From positions 1,470,001 to 1,502,000 of the forward strand of contig NZ_CP030918.1 of the NCBI RefSeq assembly GCF_003324675.1: a DNA stretch of 32,000 nucleotides, given 5' to 3'. Under the pieces are notes generated by a model. That model was given only the letters and a program-made list of their open reading frames with translations, had not been told where the DNA came from and ran no database searches. This DNA is from Paracoccus suum (GTDB lineage: Bacteria > Pseudomonadota > Alphaproteobacteria > Rhodobacterales > Rhodobacteraceae). Below are positions 9,216-17,285 of the stretch, piece after piece. Both the position numbers and the translations under genes were made by a program. Every line of letters begins with the position of its first letter. Within the stretch, counting starts at the first letter, position 1.

Positions 9216-10478
9216 ATGGCCAGCAATTCCGGCAGTGACAGCAAGAACACGCTCTATTGCAGCTTTTGCGGCAAGAGCCAGCATGAGGTTCGAAAGCTGA
9301 TCGCGGGCCCGACCGTATTCATCTGCGATGAATGCGTCGAGTTGTGCATGGACATCATTCGCGAGGAAACCAAGTCCTCCGGTCTCAAGTCGGGCGAAGG
9401 CGTGCCCACGCCGCGCGAGATCTGCGGTGTTCTGGACGATTATGTCATCGGCCAGGAACATGCCAAGCGCGTGCTCTCGGTGGCCGTCCATAACCACTAC
9501 AAGCGCCTGAACCACGGCAGCAAATCCGACATCGAGCTGGCCAAGTCGAACATCCTGCTGATCGGCCCGACCGGCTGCGGCAAGACGCTGCTGGCGCAGA
9601 CGCTGGCGCGCATCCTCGACGTGCCCTTCACCATGGCCGACGCCACCACCCTGACCGAGGCGGGCTACGTCGGCGAGGATGTCGAGAACATCATCCTCAA
9701 GCTGCTGCAATCGAGCGAATACAATGTCGAGCGCGCGCAGCGCGGCATCGTCTATATCGACGAGGTCGACAAGATCACCCGCAAGTCGGACAACCCGTCG
9801 ATAACCCGCGACGTGTCGGGCGAGGGCGTACAGCAGGCGCTACTGAAGATCATGGAGGGGACCGTTGCCAGCGTCCCACCCCAGGGCGGCCGCAAGCATC
9901 CCCAGCAAGAGTTCCTGCAGGTCGACACGACCAATATCCTGTTCATTTGCGGTGGCGCCTTTGCCGGGCTGGAGCGGATCATCGCCCAGCGCAACAAGGG
10001 CACGGCGATGGGCTTTGGCGCCTCGGTCAAGGAGAACGACGATCGCGGCGTGGGTGAGCAGTTCAAGGAACTCGAACCCGAGGACCTGCTGAAATTCGGC
10101 CTGATCCCTGAGTTCGTCGGCCGCCTGCCGGTCATCGCAACCCTGACCGACCTGGACGAGCCCGCCCTGATCACCATCCTGACCGAGCCCAAGAATGCCT
10201 TGGTCAAGCAGTATCAGCGCCTGTTCGACCTCGAGGACGTCAAGCTGACCTTCACCGACGACGCCCTGCGCGCCATCGCGCGTCGCGCGATCAAGCGCAA
10301 GACCGGCGCCCGGGGCCTGCGCTCGATCATGGAGGACATCCTGCTGGAGACCATGTTCGAGCTTCCGGGCCTCGACAGCGTCGACGAGGTGGTTGTCAAT
10401 GAGGAGGCCGTGGACAACGCTTCTGGCAAGCCGCTGTTGATCCACGCCGACAGCAAGCGAGAAGCCTCCGCCGGCTGA
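9216..10478 (+). CDS. clpX: ATP-dependent Clp protease ATP-binding subunit ClpX
   Basis: ATG at 9216 is preceded by GGAAGGA. It has the zinc ribbon [27 protein letters not shown], Walker A GPTGCGKT, Walker [10 protein letters not shown] and the GARGLRSI sensor motif. Confidence 0.96.
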   Translation: MASNSGSDSKNTLYCSFCGKSQHEVRKLIAGPTVFICDECVELCMDIIREETKSSGLKSGEGVPTPREICGVLDDYVIGQEHAKRVLSVAVHNHYKRLNHGSKSDIELAKSNILLIGPTGCGKTLLAQTLARILDVPFTMADATTLTEAGYVGEDVENIILKLLQSSEYNVERAQRGIVYIDEVDKITRKSDNPSITRDVSGEGVQQALLKIMEGTVASVPPQGGRKHPQQEFLQVDTTNILFICGGAFAGLERIIAQRNKGTAMGFGASVKENDDRGVGEQFKELEPEDLLKFGLIPEFVGRLPVIATLTDLDEPALITILTEPKNALVKQYQRLFDLEDVKLTFTDDALRAIARRAIKRKTGARGLRSIMEDILLETMFELPGLDSVDEVVVNEEAVDNASGKPLLIHADSKREASAG

Positions 10479-10495
10479 TCGCATACAAGCATGAC

Positions 10496-10528
10496 AAAAA
10501 AGCCGCGCCTTGGGGCGCGGCTTTTTTG
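10496..10528 (+). terminator. Rho-independent terminator after clpX (symmetric A/T flanks, potentially bidirectional)
   Basis: The sequence is AAAAA-AGCCGCGCC-TTGG-GGCGCGGCT-TTTTT. It forms a perfect 9-bp GC-rich stem (10501-10509 / 10514-10522) with a 4-nt loop and a T-run at 10523-10527. Confidence 0.88.
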
Positions 10529-10808
10529 TGTGCGAGCGGAAACCTGCGACGGCGGCGTTGATCAGGGAATGGCGACGGCCCGCTCACTGTACTTCGGGGC
10601 CGGAGGCCGCTCGTCCGTCAAAGCAGGGAGTTCCTTCGGCGCTCCATAAGGTGCAGCCCGATCTTTGCCGCCGCGGCAGCTGGTTCTTCATCGGATTGAA
10701 CAAGCTGGCGGCGCGTCCACCACGTGGGGGGCCGCTGTTCCAAACCGTGATCAGCGTTGCGGCGCTCAGCTACTTTCGAGATGTCATGGCGCTCTCGTTC
10801 GCCCCCGC

Positions 10809-12323
10809 CTAAAGCCCCAGCTTGCGCGTCACCATCTCCGTCACCGCAGCCGGGTTGGCCTTGCCGCCCGTCGCCTTCAGCACCTGCCCGGTGAACCAGC
10901 CGGCCAGTTTGGGATTCGCCTTGGCCTTTTCGACCTGAGCCGGGTTGGCGGCAATGATCTCGTCCACGGCTGCCTCGATGGCACCCAGGTCGGTGACCTG
11001 CTTCATGCCGCGCGCTGCCGCGACCTCGGCTGGATCGCCGCCCTCGGTCCACAGGATCTCGAACAGGTCCTTGGCCATCTTGCCGGAAATCTCGCCCGAG
11101 GCGATCAGATCTACCACGCCGCCCAACTGTGACGCGCTGACCGGCGAGGTCTCGATCGTCAGGCCTTCCTTGTTGAGCCGGCCGAACAGCTCATTGATGA
11201 CCCAGTTCGCGGCCTGCTTGCCGTCGCGTCCAGCAGCCACCGCCTCGAAGAAATCGGCGCTCTCGACCTCGGCGGTCAGCACGCCCGCATCATATTCCGA
11301 CAGGCCCAGGGCGGCGACAAAGCGCGCCTTCTTCTCGTCCGGCAGTTCGGGCATCCCGGTCTGGATGTCATCCACCCAGGATTGCTCGATCTCCAGCGGC
11401 AGCAGGTCGGGGTCGGGGAAGTAGCGATAGTCGTGCGCCTCTTCCTTGGACCGCATCGAGCGCGTCTCGCCCCGGTCGGGATCGTAGAGGCGGGTTTCCT
11501 GCACGACACTGCCGCCATCCTCAAGGATGGCGATCTGCCGGCGGGCCTCGAAGTCGATGGCCGCCTGGATGAACCGCAGCGAGTTCATGTTCTTGATCTC
11601 GCAGCGCGTGCCGAGATGCGAGAAATCCTGGGTTTCCTGGTATTTTTCATAGGCGCCGGGCCGGCAGACCGACACGTTTACGTCGGCGCGCAAGTTGCCG
11701 TTCTGCATGTTGCCGTCGCAGGTCCCGAGGTAGCGCATGATCTGGCGCAGCTTCGCAACATAGGCGGCGGCTTCCTCAGGGCCGCGGATGTCGGGGCGGG
11801 ACACGATCTCCATCAGGGCGACGCCGGTGCGGTTCAGGTCCACGAAACTGAGGGCCGGGTCCATGTCATGGATCGACTTTCCGGCGTCCTGCTCCAGGTG
11901 GATGCGCTCGATCCGCACACGCCGCGCGGTGCCGGGACCCATGTCCACGATCACCTCGCCCTCGCCGACGATGGGGTGGTACAGTTGGCTGATCTGGTAG
12001 CCTTGCGGCAGGTCCGGATAGAAATAGTTCTTGCGGTCAAAGGCGCTGCGCAGGTTGATCGCGGCCCGCAGGCCGAGGCCGGTGCGCACGGCCTGTGCGA
12101 CGCAGAACTCGTTTACGACGGGCAGCATCCCTGGCATCGCGGCATCGACGAAGGCGACATTGCTGTTCGGTTCGGCCCCAAAGGTGGTCGAGGCGCCCGA
12201 GAACAGCTTGGCGTTGCTCGCGACTTGGGCATGAACCTCGAGGCCGATCACCAGTTCCCATTCGCCCGTGGCACCGTGGAGGACCTTGGGCGCGGGCGGG
12301 GTGAATTCGAGATGATCGAGCAT
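10809..12323 (-). CDS. gatB: Asp-tRNA(Asn)/Glu-tRNA(Gln) amidotransferase subunit B
   Basis: 504 aa with [24 protein letters not shown] and a C-terminal YqeY-like tail ([35 protein letters not shown]). Confidence 0.95.
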   Translation of the reverse strand: MLDHLEFTPPAPKVLHGATGEWELVIGLEVHAQVASNAKLFSGASTTFGAEPNSNVAFVDAAMPGMLPVVNEFCVAQAVRTGLGLRAAINLRSAFDRKNYFYPDLPQGYQISQLYHPIVGEGEVIVDMGPGTARRVRIERIHLEQDAGKSIHDMDPALSFVDLNRTGVALMEIVSRPDIRGPEEAAAYVAKLRQIMRYLGTCDGNMQNGNLRADVNVSVCRPGAYEKYQETQDFSHLGTRCEIKNMNSLRFIQAAIDFEARRQIAILEDGGSVVQETRLYDPDRGETRSMRSKEEAHDYRYFPDPDLLPLEIEQSWVDDIQTGMPELPDEKKARFVAALGLSEYDAGVLTAEVESADFFEAVAAGRDGKQAANWVINELFGRLNKEGLTIETSPVSASQLGGVVDLIASGEISGKMAKDLFEILWTEGGDPAEVAAARGMKQVTDLGAIEAAVDEIIAANPAQVEKAKANPKLAGWFTGQVLKATGGKANPAAVTEMVTRKLGL

Positions 12324-12478
12324 CGGCGGACTTTCCTTCGGCGAACCGGCACGGTGTAGGGCAGGGGCGGGCGCCGGGCAAGGCTGGCGGCTTTTCGCCG
12401 AGGGAAATTGCGCCCCGTTTCAGATCGGAACCCTTGCCGCTAAGCGGGTGCCAACGAGAAACAACGCTGGACAGTGAT

Positions 12479-13210
12479 ATGTCGAATCCTCGCCGACTGC
12501 GCCATGCGGCGCTTGCACTTGCTTTGATGATGCCGGTGGCGCTGGGCGCAACTGGCGCGATGGCGGCAAACGGCGAGGATTCGACCACGGCCATGACGCG
12601 GCAGGCAGCCGAGCGCGCAGCTGCGCAAAAGGCGGCCGCCGCCCCGGCGGTGCAACAGCAACGTCTGGCGCTGCGGCAGGCACCGGCTGGGACCAAAGCT
12701 CAGCCCGCTGCCACGGGCCGCGCGCCCAGCATGCGCTGGGGTAGCCGGCGCGGGTCGGACGCCTGGACCAGCGAGTTGCTGGCGGCACTCGAATCGCATG
12801 GCGGGCGCCTTGTGCAAGTCGTGCCGGCCGATGTCTCGGCCTACTGCCCCAGCTACGTCACCGCAGGCGTCGAGCAGCGCAAGGCATTCTGGGCTGGCCT
12901 CGTCAGTTCGATCGCCAAGCACGAGAGCACCTGGAACCCGGGTGCCCGCGGCGGCGGCGGCAAGTGGCTCGGCCTGATGCAGATCGCGCCCTCGACTTGG
13001 CGTGCCTACGGCTGCGATGGCCAGATCCTGGACGGGGGCGACAACCTGTCCTGCGCCGTGCGAATCATGGCCAAGCAGGTCGGTCGCGACGGTGTGATCG
13101 CTGGCGGCGGCGCGCGTGGTGTTGGCCGTGACTGGGCGCCGATGCGCTCGGGCTCAAAGCGGGCCGACATCGCCGGTTGGACGCGCCAGCAGAGTTATTG
13201 CAACGGCTAA
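12479..13210 (+). CDS. Secreted lytic transglycosylase (SLT domain) protein
   Basis: ATG at 12479 gives MSNPRRLRHAALALALMMPVALGATGAMA, a signal peptide, followed by an Ala/Gln-rich spacer. The SLT catalytic region is IAKHESTWNPGA followed by WLGLMQIAPSTW. Confidence 0.8.
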   Translation: MSNPRRLRHAALALALMMPVALGATGAMAANGEDSTTAMTRQAAERAAAQKAAAAPAVQQQRLALRQAPAGTKAQPAATGRAPSMRWGSRRGSDAWTSELLAALESHGGRLVQVVPADVSAYCPSYVTAGVEQRKAFWAGLVSSIAKHESTWNPGARGGGGKWLGLMQIAPSTWRAYGCDGQILDGGDNLSCAVRIMAKQVGRDGVIAGGGARGVGRDWAPMRSGSKRADIAGWTRQQSYCNG

Positions 13211-13225
13211 GCCTGGCAGGATGAC

Positions 13226-13825
13226 GTGACCTCGGCCTTTGTCTCGGGGTTTCTGACGTCGCTGTCCCTTATCCTCGCGATCGGGGCGCAAAACGCCTTT
13301 GTCCTGCGCCAGGGGCTGATGCGTCAGCACGTGTTCGCGGTCAGCGCGTTCTGCGCCATCTCCGATGCGATCCTCATCACACTGGGCGTCGCCGGCGCGG
13401 GCCGACTGATTGCCGCTGCGCCCGGCCTCATTTCCGCCATGCGCTGGGGCGGGGCGGCCTTCCTGATCTGGTATGGCGCGCGCAGCATGTTGTCAGCCTG
13501 GCGTGGCGGCCAGTCGCTACAGGCGATGGGTACGAACCCGCCCGCGCTGTGGCCGACGCTCGGCACGATCGCCGCGCTGACTTGGCTGAACCCGCATGTC
13601 TATCTGGATACCGTGATGCTGCTGGGTGCGATCTCGGCCAGGCACCCGCCGCCGCAGGCATTTGCTGCGGGTGCGATCCTCGCCTCGGGCGTGTTCTTCA
13701 TGTCGCTGGGATATGGCGCGCGGCTGCTCGCGCCAGTATTCGCGCGACCGCGGTCCTGGCAGGTCCTAGACCTGCTGGTCGGGTTGGTGATGTGGGCGAT
13801 TGCGGCGACGCTGATCGCCGGTTGA
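13226..13825 (+). CDS. LysE/ArgO family basic amino-acid exporter
   Basis: GTG start. The protein is 199 aa and multi-TM. LAIGAQNAFVLRQGLMRQHVFAVSAFCAISDAILI closely parallels the ArgO/LysE N-terminus. Confidence 0.85.
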   Translation: MTSAFVSGFLTSLSLILAIGAQNAFVLRQGLMRQHVFAVSAFCAISDAILITLGVAGAGRLIAAAPGLISAMRWGGAAFLIWYGARSMLSAWRGGQSLQAMGTNPPALWPTLGTIAALTWLNPHVYLDTVMLLGAISARHPPPQAFAAGAILASGVFFMSLGYGARLLAPVFARPRSWQVLDLLVGLVMWAIAATLIAG

Positions 13826-13834
13826 CAGGCGGCG

Positions 13835-14170
13835 TCAGAACAACTCGCACATCAGGGCGATGATCTGCGCGGCGCGCGGATCGGCCACCGAATAGACGCG
13901 TGCCTTGCCATCGCGCCGGCAGCTGACGATCCCCTCGGCACGCAGGCGGGCGAGCTGCTGGCTGACCGCGGCCTGCCGCTCGTTCAGCAGATGCTCCAGT
14001 TGGTTCACTGACTTCTCGCCCTCGGAGAGGTGGCACAGGATCATCATCCTGCCTTCATGGGCGAGGGCCTTGAGCAGTCCCGCTGCCTCGGCGGCACGCG
14101 CGGCCATGTTGGCCGCCTCCTGGACATGCGGGGCGGGCGCCTTGATCGGCTGAGTGTCCAGTGGCAGCAT
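13835..14170 (-). CDS. soxR: ArsR-family transcriptional repressor SoxR
   Basis: ATG at 14170 gives a 111-aa winged-HTH protein (LLKALAHEGRMMILCHLSEGEKSVNQLEHLLNERQAAVSQQLARLRAEGIV). It lies 2 nt downstream of soxS and next to soxXYZABCD. The rest of the 319-codon ORF-track entry overlaps soxS out of frame and is spurious. An alternative start is M22 at 14107. Confidence 0.85.
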   Translation of the reverse strand: MLPLDTQPIKAPAPHVQEAANMAARAAEAAGLLKALAHEGRMMILCHLSEGEKSVNQLEHLLNERQAAVSQQLARLRAEGIVSCRRDGKARVYSVADPRAAQIIALMCELF

Positions 14171-14172
14171 CT

Positions 14173-14634
14173 TCACCCCCCGGGTTCGGCGCTCGCAAGC
14201 GCAATGCCGGCTTCCTTGATCATCTTGTCGAGCAGCGGGAAGAAGTAGTTCTCGCCCACGTAACCTTCCAGCCGGCCGACCTCCTTGCCATCCTGCAGGA
14301 GAATGAAGGTTGGCGTGATGTTGGGCCTTCGCGCAAGCGCTATCCCGTCGGGCCAGGGTCCGTTGATCTCGACCCGGCGCAGCGGGGCGGTCTTGCCTTC
14401 TGTGGTCAGCGGATATTGCGGCATGATCTCGTGATGCCAGGCTTCGCAATAGATGCAGCCCTTTTGCTCGACCATCAGCAGTTCGACCGGGCCGATCACC
14501 TGGTCTGTCGAGGCTGCTTGAACGGGCGCCGCATCGCCGACCGCGGGGGGCACAGGGGTCTGCGCCGCGCCCGCGAGCGGGCCGCAGAGGGCAAAGGCGA
14601 GGGTCAGGGCAGTGAGTGCAGTAGGGCCGTTCAT
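14173..14634 (-). CDS. soxS: Periplasmic thioredoxin-like protein SoxS
   Basis: ATG at 14634 gives a signal peptide (MNGPTALTALTLAFALCGPLAGAAQ) and a thioredoxin fold with the CxxC motif CIYC. Its position directly upstream of soxR and divergent from the structural sox genes matches the soxS-soxR arrangement of Paracoccus pantotrophus. Confidence 0.8.
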   Translation of the reverse strand: MNGPTALTALTLAFALCGPLAGAAQTPVPPAVGDAAPVQAASTDQVIGPVELLMVEQKGCIYCEAWHHEIMPQYPLTTEGKTAPLRRVEINGPWPDGIALARRPNITPTFILLQDGKEVGRLEGYVGENYFFPLLDKMIKEAGIALASAEPGG

Positions 14635-14672
14635 CAAGGGTCTTTCCGCCGGATTGGCCTCGAAGGAAGCTC

Positions 14673-14693
14673 TGTGTTTCTCGTGGAAACATA
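14673..14693. promoter_or_regulatory. Inverted repeat TGTTTC-N5-GAAACA in the soxS/soxX divergent control region (candidate SoxR operator)
   Basis: The repeat TGTTTC TCGTG GAAACA lies at 14675-14691, 41 nt upstream of the soxS start, in a 217-nt divergent intergenic region. The operator assignment is inference only. Confidence 0.3.
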
Positions 14694-14769
14694 GGTGCCG
14701 CTGGCCTGCGCTGCAACGTAGGGATGCGAATCCAGACAGTACGGCGGCCCGGATGTTGCGGATGTGGAC

Positions 14770-14779
14770 TGTGTACACA
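14770..14779. promoter_or_regulatory. Perfect 10-bp palindrome TGTGTACACA upstream of soxX (candidate operator)
   Basis: It is self-complementary and lies about 73 nt upstream of the soxX ATG. It is followed by a locally AT-rich stretch (GCATTTATTACTTGC). It shares CTGTGT with the 14673 site. Confidence 0.3.
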
Positions 14780-14851
14780 TCGCGAATCAGGCATTTATTA
14801 CTTGCGCAGGACGCGCCGTTTGGGGCTTACTGCCGCGCAGGGAGCATATGC

Positions 14852-15355
14852 ATGGGAAAGCGCGTCATGAATCGGCCAATCTCCGTGTCCGTCTCTGTCC
14901 TTGGGGCGATCGCGTTCTGCACCGTCGGGGCGGCCTTTGCCGCCGAAGTGACGCCGCAGACCGTTGCCTTCGCAGAGGATGGCTCGATCGCCGAATCGCT
15001 GACGGGAACGCCTGGCGATCCGGCAGCCGGCGCCAAAACCATGGTCGAGCGTAGCCTCGGCAACTGCGCCGCATGCCATGTCATCGGCACCATGCCGGAC
15101 GTGCCGTTCCAGGGCACCATAGGCCCGGCCCTCGATGGCGCGGGCGACCGTTATTCCGAGGCGCAGCTGCGCGGCATAGTTGCCGACGCCAAGCACACCT
15201 TCCCCGACAGCATGATGCCCAGCTTCTTCAAATCCACCGGCTTCATCCGTCCGGGCGAGGGCTTCACCTCCAAGCCCGCGACCGAACCAGTCAAGCCGTT
15301 GCTGACCGCCCAGCAGGTTGAGGATATCACAGCCTACCTGCTGACCATGAAATGA
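14852..15355 (+). CDS. soxX: Monoheme cytochrome c SoxX
   Basis: ATG at 14852 has a GGAG 8 nt upstream. There is a signal peptide (VSVSVLGAIAFCTVGAAFAAE) and a single CAACH heme motif. It sits first in the XYZAB order. An alternative ATG is at 14867. Confidence 0.9.
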   Translation: MGKRVMNRPISVSVSVLGAIAFCTVGAAFAAEVTPQTVAFAEDGSIAESLTGTPGDPAAGAKTMVERSLGNCAACHVIGTMPDVPFQGTIGPALDGAGDRYSEAQLRGIVADAKHTFPDSMMPSFFKSTGFIRPGEGFTSKPATEPVKPLLTAQQVEDITAYLLTMK

Positions 15356-15374
15356 AGACTGTGAGGGAGTTACT

Positions 15375-15869
15375 ATGATCGACCGACGTGAGGTTCTGAC
15401 CTCGGCGGTGGTGGCCGCGGCGCTGGCCGCCGTGCCGCTGCGGGCCTTGGCCCAGACTGCCGCGGCACCCGCTGCGGCGCCGGCCGCCGCTGCTGCACCC
15501 GCTGCTGCCGCAGCCCCCGCCGCCGACGCCAAGACCGCCGACCAGCTGATCGCCGACTTCACCGGAGGGGCCGAGGCCGCTGAAGGTGGAATCACCCTGA
15601 CTGCCCCGGAAATCGCCGAGAACGGCAACACCGTGCCGATCTCGTTCGACGCGCCCGGCGCGACGTCGGTCCTTCTGGTTGCGTCCGGCAACCCCTCGCC
15701 GGAAGTTGCGACCTTCAACTTTGGCGAACTGGCCGGCAGCCAGGCTGCTTCGACGCGTATCCGGCTGGCCACGACCCAGGACGTGATCGCCGTCGCCAAG
15801 CTGCCCGACGGCAAGTTCGGCAAGGCCACCTCGAACATCAAGGTGACCATCGGCGGCTGCGGCGGCTGA
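15375..15869 (+). CDS. soxY: Sulfur carrier protein SoxY
   Basis: It has a Tat-type signal (MIDRREVLTSAVVAAALAAVPLRALAQ) and the diagnostic C-terminal VTIGGCGG swinging-arm motif. A GAGGGAG Shine-Dalgarno lies upstream. Confidence 0.94.
   Translation: MIDRREVLTSAVVAAALAAVPLRALAQTAAAPAAAPAAAAAPAAAAAPAADAKTADQLIADFTGGAEAAEGGITLTAPEIAENGNTVPISFDAPGATSVLLVASGNPSPEVATFNFGELAGSQAASTRIRLATTQDVIAVAKLPDGKFGKATSNIKVTIGGCGG
15456..15530 (+). repeat. Ala/Pro low-complexity insert in SoxY immediately after the signal peptide
   Basis: The segment translates to TAAAPAAAPAAAAAPAAAAAPAADA and is built from reiterated GCx/CCx codons. Confidence 0.85.
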
Positions 15870-15893
15870 TCGTCATCACGAAGGATATCATTC

Positions 15894-16220
15894 ATGGATA
15901 ACGTCAAACCCCGCGTCCGCGTGCCCAAAACCGCCAAGAAGGACGAGGTCATCACGATCAAGACTCTGATCTCGCATCCGATGGAATCGGGTCAGCGCAA
16001 GGACAAGGATGGCAAGCTCATCCCGCGCGAGATCATCAACCACTTCACCGCGACCTTTAACGGCAAGCCCGTTGTCGACGTCGCGCTGGAGCCGGCGATC
16101 TCGACCAATCCCTACATCGAATTCGACGTGAAGATCCCGGAATCGGGCGAGTTCGTTTTCACCTGGCAGGACGACGACGGCTCGACCTACGAGGACAAGC
16201 AGTCGATCGAAGTCGCCTGA
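15894..16220 (+). CDS. soxZ: SoxZ (partner of SoxY)
   Basis: 108 aa with RVRVPKTAKKDEVITIKTLISHPMESG and YIEFDVKIPESGEFVFTWQDD. It lies directly after soxY and has a GAAGGA Shine-Dalgarno. Confidence 0.94.
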   Translation: MDNVKPRVRVPKTAKKDEVITIKTLISHPMESGQRKDKDGKLIPREIINHFTATFNGKPVVDVALEPAISTNPYIEFDVKIPESGEFVFTWQDDDGSTYEDKQSIEVA

Positions 16221-16232
16221 GAAACCTACCTG

Positions 16233-16258
16233 TGCAGGCGGCCGAGAGGCCGGCTGCA
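16233..16258 (+). other. GC-rich hairpin in the soxZ-soxA spacer (no U-tract)
   Basis: The sequence is TGCAGGCGGCC-GAGA-GGCCGGCTGCA, with 10 of 11 stem positions paired. It may be an mRNA-stability or processing element rather than a terminator. Confidence 0.3.
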
Positions 16259-16332
16259 TCCTGCACTGAACAACGACAGCCCACGCAGCCGGGCGCCATG
16301 CTTCGGGCCATGCCCACACGGAGGACACGACT

Positions 16333-17199
16333 ATGAGGAACGCGATCCGGCTCGCCGCCACTCTTGGCTGCGCCTTCGCTATGGCGGTGCCGGCGCTGGC
16401 CGTGACCGAACCCGAAAGCGCCCCGCCAATCGTCATCAACGGGGGCGAGATCGAGCTGCCGACCAGTGCGCCGGCGCCGGAGTTTCTGAAGGGCGTGTTC
16501 GACACCATCTATTCCGGCTGGCTGTTCCGCGATGCGGACACCCAGGCGATGCAGACCGACGATTTCTCGAACCCCGGCATGATCTTCGTCGACCAGGGCG
16601 TTGACCAATGGTCCAAGGTTGATGGCACCGAGGGCAAGTCCTGCGCCGACTGCCACAAGGACATCTCGAGCATGAAGGGCGTGCGCGCCTCGATGCCCAA
16701 GGTCAATCCCGACGCCAAGGAGCTGTGGTCGGTCGAGAACTACATCAACGCTTGCCGCACCGAGCGGATGGGCGCCGAGCCGTGGGAATGGTCCAGTGCC
16801 CCCATGGAGGCGATGACGCTGGCGATCTCGCTGCAGTCGCGGGGCGAGCCGGTGAACGTCAAGATCGACGGCGATGCCGCCCCCTACTGGGAGCAGGGCA
16901 AGGAAATCTACTACACGCGCTACGGCCAGCTGCAGCTGAGCTGCGCCAACTGCCACGAGGATCACTACGGGGACATGATCCGGGCTGATCACCTTAGCCA
17001 GGGCCAGATCAACGGCTTCCCGGTCTATCGCAACAACGGCGCCGGTGTCGTATCGATCCACGAGCGTTTCTCGGGCTGTATCCGCGATACCCGGGCCGAG
17101 CCTTTCAAGCAGGGCAGCCCCGAGTTCCGCGCCCTGGAGCTCTACGTCGCCTCGCGCGGCGCGGGCTTGCCGGTCGAAGGCGCCAGCGTCCGCCACTGA
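16333..17199 (+). CDS. soxA: Diheme cytochrome c SoxA
   Basis: It has a signal peptide, two heme motifs (CADCH and CANCH) and the conserved distal cysteine context FSGCIRD. A GGAGGA Shine-Dalgarno lies upstream. Confidence 0.94.
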   Translation: MRNAIRLAATLGCAFAMAVPALAVTEPESAPPIVINGGEIELPTSAPAPEFLKGVFDTIYSGWLFRDADTQAMQTDDFSNPGMIFVDQGVDQWSKVDGTEGKSCADCHKDISSMKGVRASMPKVNPDAKELWSVENYINACRTERMGAEPWEWSSAPMEAMTLAISLQSRGEPVNVKIDGDAAPYWEQGKEIYYTRYGQLQLSCANCHEDHYGDMIRADHLSQGQINGFPVYRNNGAGVVSIHERFSGCIRDTRAEPFKQGSPEFRALELYVASRGAGLPVEGASVRH

Positions 17200-17208
17200 C
17201 AGTTGATT

Positions 17209-17248
17209 CCGCGCGTGCCAACAGGGCACGCGCGGTTTCCTTTTTTTG
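17209..17248 (+). terminator. Intrinsic terminator or attenuator between soxA and soxB
   Basis: A perfect 11-bp stem CCGCGCGTGCC (17209-17219) / GGCACGCGCGG (17225-17235) has a 5-nt loop AACAG. It is followed by TTTCCTTTTTTTG and begins 10 nt after the soxA stop. Confidence 0.75.
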
Positions 17249-17285
17249 ATAGTTGCAAATATCTTTATATGAAGGGACAGGGCCA

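Noticed and set aside
10529-10808. A 280-nt gap between the convergent clpX and gatB genes as a possible small gene or sRNA (ORFs 10510-10812 on + and 10396-10587 on -).
   Set aside because: The ORF translations are Arg/Pro/Ala-rich with no start context or motif. I found no convincing promoter-plus-terminator pair, and only weak 4-6 bp inverted repeats. I cannot support a feature from sequence alone.
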